Assembly (NCBI GenBank): GCA_951406725.2
Contig: OX597817.1
Location: 164,858,001-164,922,000 of the forward strand
DNA from: Octopus vulgaris
Taxonomy: Eukaryota
Length of the DNA stretch: 64,000 bases
Reading direction: 5' to 3'
Part shown: piece after piece, positions 1 through 13,305 of the stretch
Numbering within the stretch: position 1 is the first letter of the stretch
Layout: each line of letters opens with the position of its first letter
Program-made: the position numbers and the translations under genes
Notes under the pieces: model-generated
What the model was told of the DNA's origin: nothing
Seen by the model: only the letters and a program-made list of their open reading frames with translations
The model's database searches: none

Positions 1-3000
1 GGCATTCCTCTTTGATCTCTGTCGGTACTCCTCTTTGATCTCTGTCGGCACTCCTTTTTGATCTCTGTCGGTACTCCTCTTTGATCTTTTCGGTACTTTC
101 CTTTGATCTCTGTTGGCATTCCTCTTTGATCTCTGTCGGTTCTCCTATTTGATATCTGTCGGTACTCTCCTTTGTTCTCTCTCAGTACACCTCTTTAATC
201 TCTGTCGGCACTCCTCTTTGATCTCTGTCGGTATTCCTCTTTGATCTTTGTCGGTCCTCTCCTTTGATCTTTGTCGGCATTCCTCTTTGATCTCTGTCGG
301 CATTCCTCTTTGATCTCTGTCGGTCCTCTCCTTTAATCTCTGTCGGCATTCCTCTTTGATCTCTGACGGCATTCCTCTTTGATCTCTGTCGGTACTCCTC
401 TTTGATCTCTGTCGGTACTCCTCTTTGATCTCTATTTTTGTTGTTTTTGTAAAATCTCAGAAAATGATTAAAAATTCACATTTTTATCAAATTATTTTGA
501 TCTCCGACGGCATTCCTCTTTGAACTCTGTCGGTACTCCCCTTTGATCTCTATCGGCATTCCTCTTTGATCTCTGTCGGTACCCCTCTTTGATCTCTGTC
601 GGCATTCCTCTTTGATCTCTGTCGGCATTCCGCTTTGATCTCTATCGGCATTCCTCTTTGATCTCTGACGGCATTCCTCATTGATCTCTGTCGGTACTCC
701 TCTTTGATCTCTATCGGCAATCCTCTTTGATCTCTGTCGGTACTCCCCTTTGATCTCTGTCGGCATTCCTCTTTGATCTCTGTCGGATGAATTCTTTGAT
801 CTTTGTTGGCATTCCTCTTTGATCTCTGACGGCATTCCTCTTTGATCTCTGTCGGTACTCCCCTCTGATCTCTGTCGGCATTCCTCTTTGGTCTATGTCG
901 GTACTCCTCTTTGATCTCTGTCGGCATTCCTCTTTGATCTCGTCGGTACTCGTATTGGATATCTGTCGGTACTCCCCTTGATCTCTCTCGGTATTCCTAT
1001 TTGATCTTTGTCGGTAATCCCCTTTGATCTCTGTCGGCAATCCTCTTTGACCTCTGACGGCATTTTTATTTGATCTCTGACGGCATTCCTCTTTGATCTC
1101 TGTCGGTACTCCCCATTGATCTCTGTCGGCATTCCTCTTTGATCTATGTCGGTACTCCTCTTTGATCTCTGTTGGCATTCCTCTTTGATCTCTGTCGGTA
1201 CTCCTATTTGATATCTGTCGGTACTCCCCTTTGATCTCTCTCGGCATTCCTATTTGATCTTTGTCGGTAATCCCCTTTGATCTATGTCGGTACTCCTCTT
1301 TGATATCTGTCGGCAATCCTATTTGATGTCTGTCGGCACTTCTATTTGATCTCTGTCGGTACTTCCCTTTGATCTCTGTCGGCATTCCTCTTTGATCTCT
1401 GTCGGTATTCCTATTTGATCTCTGTCGGTACTCCCCCTTGATTTCTCTCAGTACTCCTCTTTGAGCTCTGTTTGTACTCACCTTTGATCTCTGTCGGCAT
1501 TCCTCTTTGGTCTCTGACGGCGTTCCTCTTTGATCTCTGTCGGTACTCCCCTTTGATCTCTGTCGGCATTCCTCTTTGATCTCTGACGGCATTCCTCTTT
1601 GATCTCTGTCGGCATTCCTCTTTGATATTTGACGGCATTTATCTTTGATATCTGTCGGCAATCCTCTTTGATCTCTGTCGGCATTCCTCTTTGATCTCTG
1701 CCGTAATCCTATTTGATCTCTGTCGGTACTCCCCTTTGATCTCTCTCGGTAGCCTCTTTGATCTCTGACGGCATTCCTCTGTGATCTCTGTCGGTATTCC
1801 CCTTTGATCTCTGTCGGCATTCCTCTTTGATCTCTGTCAGTACTCCTCTTTGATCACTGTCGGCACTCCTCTTTGATCTCTCTCGGTACTCCCCTTTGAT
1901 CTCTATCCGCATTCCCCTTTGATCTCTGTCGGCAATCCTCTTTGATCTCTGTCGGCATTCTTCTTTGATCCCTGTCGGTACTCCTATTTGATCTCAGGCG
2001 GTACTCCCCTTTGATCTCTGACGGCATTCGTCTTTGATATCTGTCGGCATTCCTCTTTGATCTCTGTCGGTACTCCTCTTTGATCCCTGTCGGAAATCCT
2101 CTTTGATCTCTGTCGGCACTCCTCTTTGATCTCTGTCGGCATTCCTCTTTGATCTCTGTCGGTACTTTTCTTTGATCTCTTTCGGCATTCCTCTTTGATC
2201 TCTGTCGGTACTCCTATTTGATATCTGTCGGTACTCCACTTTGATCTCTCTCGGTATTCATCTTCGATCTCTGTCGGTTATCTTCTTTGATCTCTGTCGG
2301 CATTCCTCTTTGATTTCTGACGGCATTCCTCTTTGATCTCTGTCGGCACTCCTATTTGATCTCTGTCGGTACTTCTCTTTGATCTCTGTCGGTACTCTCC
2401 TTTGATCTCTGTCGGCATTCCTCTTTGATCTCTGTTGGAACTCCTATTTGATATCTCTCGGTACTCCCCTTTGATCTCTGTCGGTACTCCTCTATGATCT
2501 CTATCGGCACTCCTCTTTGATCTCTGTCGGTACTCTCGTTTGGTCTCTGTCGGCATTCCTCTTTGATCTCTGTCGGCATTCCTATTTTATCTCTGTCGGT
2601 ACTCCCCCTTGATCTCTATCGGCATTCCTCTTTGATCTCTGACGGCATTCCTCTTTGATCTCTGTCGGTTCCCCTCGGATCTCTGTAATTCATTCCTCTT
2701 TGATCTCTGTCGGTACTCCTCTTTGAACTCTGTCGGCATTCCTCTTTGATATCTGTCCGTACTCCCCTTTGATCTCTGTCGGCATTTCTCTTTGATCTTT
2801 GACGGCCTTTGTCTTTGATATCTGTCGGTATTCCACTTTGATCTATGTCGGCATTCCTCTTTGATCTCTGTCGGTATTCCCTTTGATCTCTGTCGGCACA
2901 CCTCTTTGATATCTGTCTGTAATCCCCTTTAATCTCTGTCGGTACTCCTCTTTGATCGCTGTCGATACTCCTCTTTGATCTCTGTCGGTTCCTCTTTGAT

Positions 3001-4206
3001 ATCTGTCGGTACCCCCCTTTGATCTCTGTCAGCATTCCTCTTTGATCTCGGTCGGTACTGCTCTTTGATCTCTGTCGATACTCCTATTTGATCTCTGTCG
3101 GTACTCCCCTTTGATTTCTCTCGGTACTCCTCTTTGATATCTGTCGGTACTCACCTTTGATCTCTGTTGTCATTCCTCTTTGATCTCTTACGGCATTCCT
3201 CTTTGATCTCTGTAGGCATTTGTCTTTGATCTCGGTCGGTACTCCTCTTTGATCTCTGTCGGCACTCCTCTTTGATCTCTGTCGGAACGCCTCTTTGATA
3301 TCTGTCGGTACTCCTCTTTGATCTCTGTCGGTACTCCCCTTTGATCTCTTTCGGCATTCTTCTTTGATCTCTGTCGGTACTCCCATTTGGTGTTTGTCAG
3401 CATTCCTCTTCGATCTCTGACGGTACTCCCCTTTGATATCTGTCGGCATTCCTCTTTGATATCTGTCGGTACTCCTATTTGATCTCTGTCGGCACTCCTC
3501 TTTGATCTCTATCGGTACTCCCCTTTGATCTCTGTCGGCATTCCTCTTTGATCTCTTTCGGAACTCCCCTTTGATCTCTGACGGCATTCCTCTTCGATCT
3601 CTGTCGGTACTCCCCTTTGATCTCTGTCGGTACTCCTCTTTGATCTCTATCGGCATTCCTCTTTGATCTCTCTCGGCATTCCTATTTGATCTCTGTCGGT
3701 ACTCCTCTTTGATCTCTGTCGGCACTCCTCTTTGATCTCTATCGGTACTCCCCTTTGATCTCTGTCGGCATTCCTCTTTGATCTCTTACGGCATTCCTCT
3801 TTGATCTCTGTATGCATTCCTCTTTGATCTCTGTCGGTACTCCTCTTTGATCTCTGTCGGCACACCTCTTTGATATCTGTCGGTACCCCCCTTTGATCTC
3901 TGTCGGTATTCCTCTTTGATCTCTATCGGAACACCTCTTTGATCTCTGTCGGCACTCCTCTTTGATATCTGTCGGTACTCTCCTTTGATCTCTGTCGGTA
4001 CCCCCCTTTGATCTCTGTCGGCATTTCTATTTGATCTCTGTCAGTACTCCCCCTTGATCTCTATCGGCATTCCTCTTTGATCTCTGACGGCATTCCTCTT
4101 TGATCTCTGACGGCATTCCTCTTTGATCTCTTTCGGTTCCCCTTGGATCTCTGTCAGCATTCCTCTTTGATCTCTGTCGCATTCCTCTTTGATCTCTGTC
4201 GGCATT
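1..4206 (-). repeat. 23-bp tandem satellite, consensus AATGCCGACAGAGATCAAAGAGG on the minus strand
   Basis: Continuous 23-bp period (ggcattcctctttgatctctgtc) with GAATGCCG/GAGTACCG variants; one ~62-bp non-repeat island at 434-495; runs off the window start. Confidence 0.97.
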
Positions 4207-4340
4207 GCCCAAAAATTTTTAATCACCGTGTGTTTATATATATATATATATATATATATGCAAAATTCACTGCAAAGAGACTTTTTTAACACTGTGTATA
4301 TATATCTTTATAAAATTAACTGTGGAGAGACTTTTGAACA

Positions 4341-4414
<74 letters not shown>

Positions 4415-4436
4415 CTGTGGAGAGAAATTTGAACAC

Positions 4437-4468
<32 letters not shown>

Positions 4469-4489
4469 CTTATAAATTTACATATATAT
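4207..4489 (+). repeat. ~70-bp TA-containing repeat (cactgtggagagacttt-aacactgtg-(TA)n-aaatt)
   Basis: 3-4 units here; the same unit recurs at ~6365-6515, ~6875-7028 and inverted at ~15530-15685 and ~17462-17700. Confidence 0.85.
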
Positions 4490-5614
4490 TGTTACGACAG
4501 GGTGGGACCTCCGATTCGAACTGTTACGGAAATCCTCGTTCGATGCAGCGAATAATCTACGGTAACTCGTCGGAGAGAGGAGAGAGAGGAGATATACATA
4601 ACAACAACAACAACAACAGCAGCAGCCCAGAGGCAATCGAGGGAGACGCAATGAGGCAAAACGGCAACAACTGCTGGCTTACATTCAACAACAGTTTATA
4701 CGACAATCAATTGTTACACATCAAGATACATCAACGCATTTAAGGGAAACAACAAATCAATACATCATACAACAGATCAAAGCATTTAAACATGCATGTA
4801 ACAATATAACAGTGTTCATACACAAACATGTTCAGATCAAATAATGTTCACGATACGTCACAGTCCAATCAGAACACTTCGATACATTATACAATGTTCG
4901 TATCACAACAATTCACGTTACAATTCAAAGTTCATTATCGTCTACATCAGAGTCCTTCTTTTTCTCTCTTCTTTCTCTTCTTTTCTTTTACATCGTAACA
5001 CGTATCAATACATAATCAAATAGCTTAATTTCTAACTGAAAAGCCAGTGTCCCATCCTGCACTCCATCTCTCTCTCAATACTGCTAACTCCAGCTCGCCA
5101 GCTCTCGCCTCCCAATCGCTTGCTCCTAAAATTCCAACTCCTTGCCGACTTCCAAGATCCGTCTGTGCTCTTCGACGACCGACTACCAACTACCCAAAAC
5201 CTCACTTGCTCTCTCTCCTTCCCACTACCCTAATCTCCATCTATCCCTACTGCTTATAGCCTCTCTATCTGCCCTGGTCCCTAACTGCCTATCTCTATCG
5301 CCCGCTGCTGCTACCCTCTCATGACAGCTCTGCCATACTCTCTGCCTGTCCTTCTCTGCCCCCTCATCCTCTCTCACTACTAATATCCTCTCAATCTGCT
5401 CTCAGCCCTTACTCTACCTTTATCTCACTACTGCTAGATTCTTCCTCACATCTCTCTCTGACCCGTAATCGACCGTACAAGGTCAAAGTTGTCCCTCCAA
5501 AACCCCATTAATCTCCCAGTAAACAAAGGGCTGTCTCTTTTCTTCCAGTCCTGCCGGCACCATCATTCACAAAGTGGGTCACCAAGAAATACTGCACTAG
5601 CCAAACCCATAACA
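4490..5614. mobile_element. Solo LTR (probably Ty3/gypsy-type), copy 1
   Basis: Unique 1125-bp segment bounded by TGTTA...TAACA and inserted in a TA run with ATAT on both sides; empty-site versions of the flank occur at ~6477-6515 and ~6988-7025; no internal ORF. Confidence 0.8.
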
Positions 5615-5789
5615 ATATATATAAATTCACTGAGAGACATTTTCACCCAAAAAGTTTTCGAAAATTTTCACCGAAAATTTTACCCTAATATTTTCCGAAA
5701 ATTTTAACCAAAAAGTTTTCGAAAATTTTCACCGAAAATTTTACCACAAAATTTTTCGAACTATTCATGAAAAATTTTTCGAAAATTTT

Positions 5790-5906
5790 CACCGCTGGCC
5801 TTCCATACCTTCTGATTTTGGCAGCGCTGGCCTTCCATACTTTGTGATTTTGGCACCGCTGGCCTTCCATACTTTGTGATTTTGGCACCACTGGCCTTCC
5901 ATACTT
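5790..5906 (+). repeat. 32-bp tandem repeat GCTGGCCTTCCATACTTTGTGATTTTGGCACC
   Basis: 32-bp period (5826 to 5858); further clusters at ~8082-8235, ~8455-8505 and ~13836-13900, and inverted at ~15035-15150, ~18123-18360 and ~20056-20178. Confidence 0.9.
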
Positions 5907-6371
5907 TTGTCGAAAATTTTCCCCAAAAAATTTGTAGAAAATTTTACCAAAAAATTTTCCAGGTAATTTAAAAAAATTATTGTAAAATTTTCACTGCGAA
6001 TTTTACCCAAAAATTTTCACCGAAACTTTTGAAAAATTTTTTGAAAATTTTCAACGAGAATGTCAAGTAAAAAGTTTTCGAAAATTTTCACCGAAAACTT
6101 TTTAGCCATAAATTTTTTAGAAAATTTCACACAAAGTTTTTGAAAATTTTCATCGAAAATATTACCCAAAAAGTTTTCAAAAATCTTCACCGAAAATTTT
6201 CACTGAATATTTTGCCCAAAAATTTTTTTAAAATTTTCACCGAAAATATCAAGTAAAAAGTTTTCGAAAATTTTTTACTGAAAATTTTCACCGAAAATAT
6301 CAAGTAAAAGGTTTTCGAAAATTTTCACTGAAAATTTTCTCCGAAAAATAAACCCAAAAATTTTTAATCAC

Positions 6372-6413
<42 letters not shown>

Positions 6414-6882
6414 AAATTCACTGCGGAGAGACTTTTTAACACTGTGTATATATACATATATATACATATATATATAAATTTACATATATATATATAAATT
6501 CACTGTGGAGAGACTTTTTTACCCAAAAATTGTCGAAAATTTTCACCGAAAATATTCTACAAAAATTTGTCGAAAATGTTCACTGAAAATTTTACCCAAA
6601 AGTTTTCGAAAATTTTAAAATTTTACCCAAAAATTTTTCGAAAATTTTCACCGAATATGTTACCCAAAATTTTTAGGAAATTGGCACTGCTGGCCTTCCA
6701 TACTACGTGATTTATCCGAAAATTTTTACCCAAAAAGTTTTCGAAAATTTCACCCAAAATGTTATCAAAAATTTTCACTGAATATTTTCCCCAAAAATTT
6801 TTCGAAAATATCAAGTAAAAAGTTTTCCAAAATTTTCACTGAAAATTTTCACCGAAAATTTAGCCCCAAAATTTTTAATCAC

Positions 6883-6938
<56 letters not shown>

Positions 6939-8315
6939 AAATTCACTGCGGAGAGACTTTTTTAACACTGTGTATATATATATATATAAATTTACATATA
7001 TATATATAAATTCACTGTGGAGAGATTTTATCACCCAAAAATTTTCGAAAATTTTCACTGAAAATATTCTACAAAAATTTGTCAAAAATGTTCAGCGAAA
7101 CTTTTACCCAAAAAGTTTTCAAAAATTTTCAATGAAAATTTTACCCCAAAATTTTTCGACCTTTTCACCAAAAATTTTCCGAAAATTTTCACCGAAAGTT
7201 TTTAGGAAATTGGCACTACTGGCCTTCCATACTTTGTGATTTATCCGAAAATTTTAACCCAAAAAGTTTTCGAATATTTCACCCAAAATGTTTTGAATAA
7301 TTTTCACTGAATATTTTCCCAAAAATTTTTCGAAAATTTTCACCGAAAATATCAAGTAAAATGTTTTCGAAAATTTTCATAGAAAATTTTATCCAAAAAT
7401 TTTTCGAAAATTTTGACCGAAAATTTTACGCAAAAATTTTCCGAAAATTTTAACCAAAAATTTTCGAAAATTTTCACCGAAAATTTTAACGAAAAAACCA
7501 AAAAGTTTTCGAAAATTTTACCCAAAACTTTTCGAACTTTTCAACTTTTCACCCAAAATGTTTTTGAAAATTTTCACTGAATATTTTCCCCAAAAATTTT
7601 TCGAAAATTTTCACCGAAAATATCAAGTAAAATGTTTGCGAAAATTTTCACCGAAAATTTAACCCAAAAATTTTTCGAAAATTTCACCCAAAAAGTTTTC
7701 GAATATTTTACCTAAAACTTTTTCGAACTTTTCACCCCAAAATGTTTTTGAAAATTTTCACTGAATATTTTCCCCAAAAATTTTTCGAAATTTTCACCGA
7801 AAATATCAAGTAAAAAGTTTGCCAAAATTTTCACCGAAAATTTAACCCAAAAATTTTTCGAAAATTTCACCCAAAAAGTTTTCGAAAATTTTCACCGAAA
7901 ATATTCTCCTAAAATTTGTCGAAAATGTTCACCGAAAATTTCACCAAAAAAGTTTTCGATTATTTCACCCTAAAATTCTTCCGAAAATTTTAACCAAAAA
8001 GTTTTCGAAAATTTTCACCAAAAATTTTTCGAACATTTCACCAAAAATTCTTCGAAAATTTACACCGAAAATATCAAGGAAATTGGCACCGCTGGGCTTC
8101 CATACTTTGTGATTTGGGCACCGCAGTCTTCAATACTTTGTGATTTTTGCACCACTGGCCTTCCATACTTTGTGATTTTCGCACCACTGGCCATCCGTAG
8201 TTTTTGATTTTGGCACCGCTGGCCTTCCATACTTTTTCGAAAGTTTTCACCGAAAATATTCTCCAAAAATTAGTCAAAAATGTTCACCGAAAATTTTACC
8301 CAAAAAGTTTTCGAA

Positions 8316-8447
8316 AGAGGCAATCGAGGGAGACGCAATGAGGCAAAACGGCAACAACTGCTGGCTTACATTCAACAACAGTTTATATGACAATCAATTG
8401 TTACACATCAAGATACATCAACGCATTTAAGGGAAACAACAAATCAA
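8316..8447. mobile_element. Isolated ~130-bp internal piece of the solo LTR embedded in satellite
   Basis: Near-identical to ~4629-4760 (agaggcaatcgag...aacaaatcaa), same orientation. Confidence 0.9.
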
Positions 8448-9118
8448 AATTTTCACCGCTGGCCTTCCATATTTTCTGATTTTGGCACCGCTGGCCTTCC
8501 ATACTTTTTCGAAAATTTTGCCCCAAAATTTTTAGAAAATTTTACTAAAAAATTTTCACCGAAATTTTTCAAAAATTTATAAAAAATTTTCACCAAAAAT
8601 ATTACCCAAATATTAAGAGAAAATTTTATCCACAAATTTTCCAAAAATTTTCACGGAAATTTTTCAAAAATTTTTGTAAAATTTTCACTGCAAATTTTAC
8701 ACAAAAATTTTCACCGAAATTTTTCAAAAATCTTTCGAAAATTTTCACCGAAAATATCATGTAAAAAGTTTTCGAAAATTTTCACCGAAAACTTAACCCC
8801 AAAATTTTTCCCATAAATTTTTTCGAAAATCTCCCCCAAAGTTTTCGAAAATATTCACCGAAAATTTTACCCAAAAATTTTCCGAAAATTTGAACCAAAA
8901 TGTTTTCGAAAATTTTACTGAATATTTTTTCCAAAAATTTTTCGAATATTTTTACCGAAAATATCAAGTAAAATGTTTTCGAAAATTTTCACCGAAAATA
9001 TCAAATAAAAAGTTTTCGAACATTTTCACTGAAAATTTTCACCGAAACTTAACCCGAAAATTTTACCCATAAATTTTTTCGAAAATCTCCACCAAAGTTT
9101 ACGAAAATTTTCACCAAA

Positions 9119-12100
9119 AATGCCGTCAGAGATCAAAGAGGAATGCCGACAGAGATCAAAGAGGAATGCCGTCAGAGATCAAAGGGGAGTTCCGAAAGAG
9201 ATCAAAGAGGAATGCCGACAGAGACCAAAGGGGAGTACCGACAGAGATCAAAGAGGAGTGCCGACAGAGATCAAAGAGGAGTACCGATAGAGATCAAAGA
9301 GGAATGCCGACAGAGATCAAAGAGGAATGCCGACAGAGATCAAAGGGGAGTACCGACAGAGATCAAAGAGGAATGCCGTCAGAGATCAAAGAGGAGTACC
9401 GAGAGAGATCAAAGGGGAGTACCGACAGAGATCAAATAGGAGTACCGACAGAGATCAAAGAGGAATTCCGACAGAGATCAAAGGGGAGTACCGACAGAGA
9501 TCAAAGGGGAGTACCGACAGAGATCAAAGAGGAATGCCGACAGAGATCAAAGAGGAGTACCGACAGAGATCAAAGAGGAATGCCGACAGAGATCAAAGAG
9601 GAATACCGACAGAGATCAAAGGGAAGTACCGACAGAGATCAAAGAGGAATGCCGACAGATATCAAAGAAAAATGCCGTCAAAGATCAAAGAGGAATGCCG
9701 ACAGAGATCAAAGAGGAGTACCGACAGATATCAAAGAGGAATGCCGACAGAGATCAAAGGGGATTACCGACAGAGATCAAAGAGGTGTGCCAACAGAGAT
9801 CAAAGGGGAGTATCGACAGAGATCAAAGAGGAGTGCCGACAGAGATCAAAGAGGAATGCCGATAGTGATCAAAGAGGAATGCCGACAGAGATCAAAGGGG
9901 AGTACCAACAGATATCAAAGAGGAATGCCGACAGAGATCAAAGAGGATTACCAACAGAGAACAAAGAGGAATGCCGAGAGAGAACAAAGGGGAGTAACGA
10001 CATAGATCAAAGAGGAGTGCCGACAGAGATCAAAGAGGAATGCCGACATAAATCAAAGAGGAATGCCGACAGAGATCAAAGAGGAATGCCGACAGAGATC
10101 AAAGAGGAATGCCGATAGTGATCAAAGAGGAATGCCGACAGAGATCAAAGGGGAGTACCAACAGATATGAAAGAGGAATGCCGACAGAGATCAAAGGGGG
10201 GTACCGACAGAGATCAAAGAGGAATGTTGACAGAGATCAAGGAGGAGTACCGACAGAGATCAAAGACGAATGCCGACAAAGATCAAATAGGAGTACCGGC
10301 AGAGATCAAAAAGGAATGCCGGCAGAGATCAAAGAGAAGTACCGACAGAGATCAAAGAGGAATGCCGACAAAGATCAAAGGGGAATACCGACAGAGATCA
10401 AAGAGGAGTACCGACAGAGATCAAAGAGGAATGCCGACAGAGATCAAAGAGGAATGCCGTCAGAGATCAAAGAGGAATGCCGACAGAGATCAAAGGAGAA
10501 TGTCGACAGAGATCAAAGGGGAGTACCGACAGAGATCAAAGAGGAATGCCGACAGAGATCAAAGAGGAGTACCGACAGAGATCAAAGAGGAATTCCGATA
10601 GAGATCAAAGGGATGTACCGAATGAGATCAAAGAGGAATGCCGTCAAAGATCAAAGAGGAATGCCGACAGGGATCAAAGGAGAGTGCCGACAGAGAACAA
10701 TAAGGAGTACTGACAGATATCAAAGGAGAGTGCCGACAGAGATCAAAGAGGAGTACTGACAGAGATCAAAGAGGAGTGCCGACAGAGATTAAAGAGGATT
10801 ACCGCCAGAGATGAAATAGGAATGCCGACAAAGATCAAAGAGTGGTACCGACAGATATCAAATAGGAATACCGACAGAGATCAAAGGGGAATGCCGACAA
10901 AGATCAAAGAGGAATGTCGACAGAGATCAAAGAGGAATGTCTACAGAGATCAAAGAGGATTATCGACAGATATCAAAGACAAATGCCGTCAAAGATCAAA
11001 GAGGTTTGCCGACAGAGATCAAAGAGGAATGCCGACAGAGTTCAAAGAGGAATGCCCACAGAGATCAAAGGGGAGTACCGACAGAGGTCAAAGAGGAATG
11101 CTGACAGAGATCAAAGAGGAATGCCGATAGAGTTCAAGGGGGAGTACCGACAGAGGTCAAAGAGGAATGCAGATAGGGATCAAAGGGGAGTACTTACAGA
11201 GATAAAAGAGGAATGCTGACAGAGATCAAAGGGGAGTACCGACAGAAATTAAAGAGGAATGCCGTCAGAGATCAAAGAGGAGTACATAGAGAGATCAAAG
11301 GGGAGTACCGACTGAGATCAAATAGGAGTACGGACAGAGATCAAAGAGGAATGCCGACAGAGATAAAAGAGGAGTACCGACAGAGATCAAAGAGGAATGC
11401 CGACAGAGATCAAAGGGGACCCGACAGAGATCAAAGTGGAATGCCGATAGAGATCAATTGGGAGTACCAACAGAGATCAAATAGGAATGCCGACAGAGAT
11501 CAAAGAGGAATGCCGACATAGTTCAAAGAGGAGTATCGACAGATATCAAAGACAAATGCCGTCAAAGATCAAAGAGGATTGCCGACAGAGATCAAAGAGG
11601 AATGCCGACAGAGATCAAAGAGGAATGCCTACAGAGATCAAAGCGGAATGCCGACACAGATCAAAGGGGAATACCGACAGAGATCAAAGACGAATGCCGA
11701 CAAAGATCTAAGGCGAGTACCGACATATATCAAAGAGGAATACCGACAGAGATCAAAGAGGTGTGCCAACAGAGATCAAAGGGGGGTATCGACAGAGATC
11801 AAAGAGGAGTGCCGACAGAGATCAAAGAGGAATGCCGATAGAGATCAAAGAGGAATGCCGACAGAGATCAAAGAGGAATGCCGACAATGATCAAAAGGGA
11901 GTACCGACAGATATCAAAGAAGAATACCGACAGAGATCAAAGAGGAATGCCGACAGAGATCAAAGGAGAATACCCACAGAGATCAAAGAGGAATGCCGAC
12001 AGAGATCAAAGGAGAGTACCGACAGAGATCAAAGAAGAATACCAACAGAGATCAAAGAGGAGTGTCGACAGAGATCAAAGAGGAGTACCGAAAGTGATCA

Positions 12101-13054
12101 AAGAGGAATGTCGACGTAGATCAAAGAGGAATGCCGTCAGAGATCAAAGAGGAATACCGAGAGAGATCAAAGGGGAGTACCGACAGATATCAAATAGGAA
12201 TACCGACAGAGACCAAAGAGGAATGCCGACATAGTTCAAAGGAGAGTACCGACAGAGATCAAAGAGGAGTACCGACAGAGATTAAAGAGGAATGCCGACA
12301 TAGATGAAAGAGGAATGCCGTCAGAGATCAAAGAGGAATGCCGACAGAGATGAAAGGGGATAACCGACAGAGATCAAAGAGGAGTACCGAGAGTTCAAAG
12401 GGGAGTACCGAATGATATCAAATAGGAATACCGACAGAGATCAAAGAGGAATGCCGACAGAGTTCAAAGAGGAATGCCGACAGAGATCAAAGGAGAGTAC
12501 CGACAGAGATCAAAGAGGAGTACCGACAGAGATCAAATAGGAGTACCGACAGAGATCAAAGATGAATGCCAACAAAGATCAAAGAGGAGTACCGACAGAG
12601 ATCAAAGAGGAGTACCGCGACAGAGATCAAAGAGGAGTGCCGACAGATATCAAAGAGGAATGCCGACAGAAATCACAGGGGTGTACCGACAGAGATCAAA
12701 GTGGAAAGCCGACAGAGATCAAAGGGGATTACCGACAGAGATCAAAGAGGAATGCCGACATAGATCAAAGAGGAGTACCGACAGAGATCAAAGAGTAATG
12801 CCGTCAGAGATCAAAGAGGAATGCCGACAGAGATCAAAGGGGAATACCGACAGAGATCAAAGAGGAATGCCGACATAGATCAAAGAGGAGTACCGACAGA
12901 GATCAAAGAGGAATGCCGACAGAGATCAAAGGGGAGTACCGACAGAGATCAAAGAGGAATGCCGACAGAGATCAAAGGGGAGTACCGACAGAGATCAAAG
13001 AGGAATGCCGTCAGAGATCAAAGAGGAATGCCGACAGAGATCAAAGGAGTACCG
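9119..13054 (+). repeat. 23-bp tandem satellite, plus orientation
   Basis: Reverse complement of the array at 1-4206; same consensus and variants. Confidence 0.97.
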
Positions 13055-13305
13055 AATTTCCTCTTTGATCTCTGTCGGTACTTCTCTTTGATCTCTGTCG
13101 GCACTCCTCTTTGACCTCTGTCGGTACTCCTCTTTGAACTCTGTCGGTACTCTCGTTTGGTCTCTGTCGATATTCCTCTTTGATCTCTGTTGGTACTCTC
13201 CTTTGATCTCTGTCGATACTCCCCTTTGATCTCTGTCAGCATTTCTCTTTGATATCTGTCGGTACTCCTCTTTGATCTCTGTTGGCATTCCTCTTTGATC
13301 TTTGA
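13055..13305 (-). repeat. 23-bp satellite, short inverted block
   Basis: Orientation flips at ggagtaccgaa|tttcctctttgatc; about 11 units. Confidence 0.93.

Larger units (their letters stand above)
5615..9120 (+). repeat. A-tract satellite of 11-13-bp subunits (GAAAATTTTCACC / GAAAATTTTACCC / AAAAATTTTTC)
   Basis: Recurrent AAAATTTT cores with an approximate 36-37-bp composite period; interspersed with 32-bp and TA-containing units. Confidence 0.93.

Noticed and set aside
1-13305. CRISPR-like array
   Set aside because: Repeats are contiguous with no unique spacers, there are no cas genes, and the context is eukaryotic
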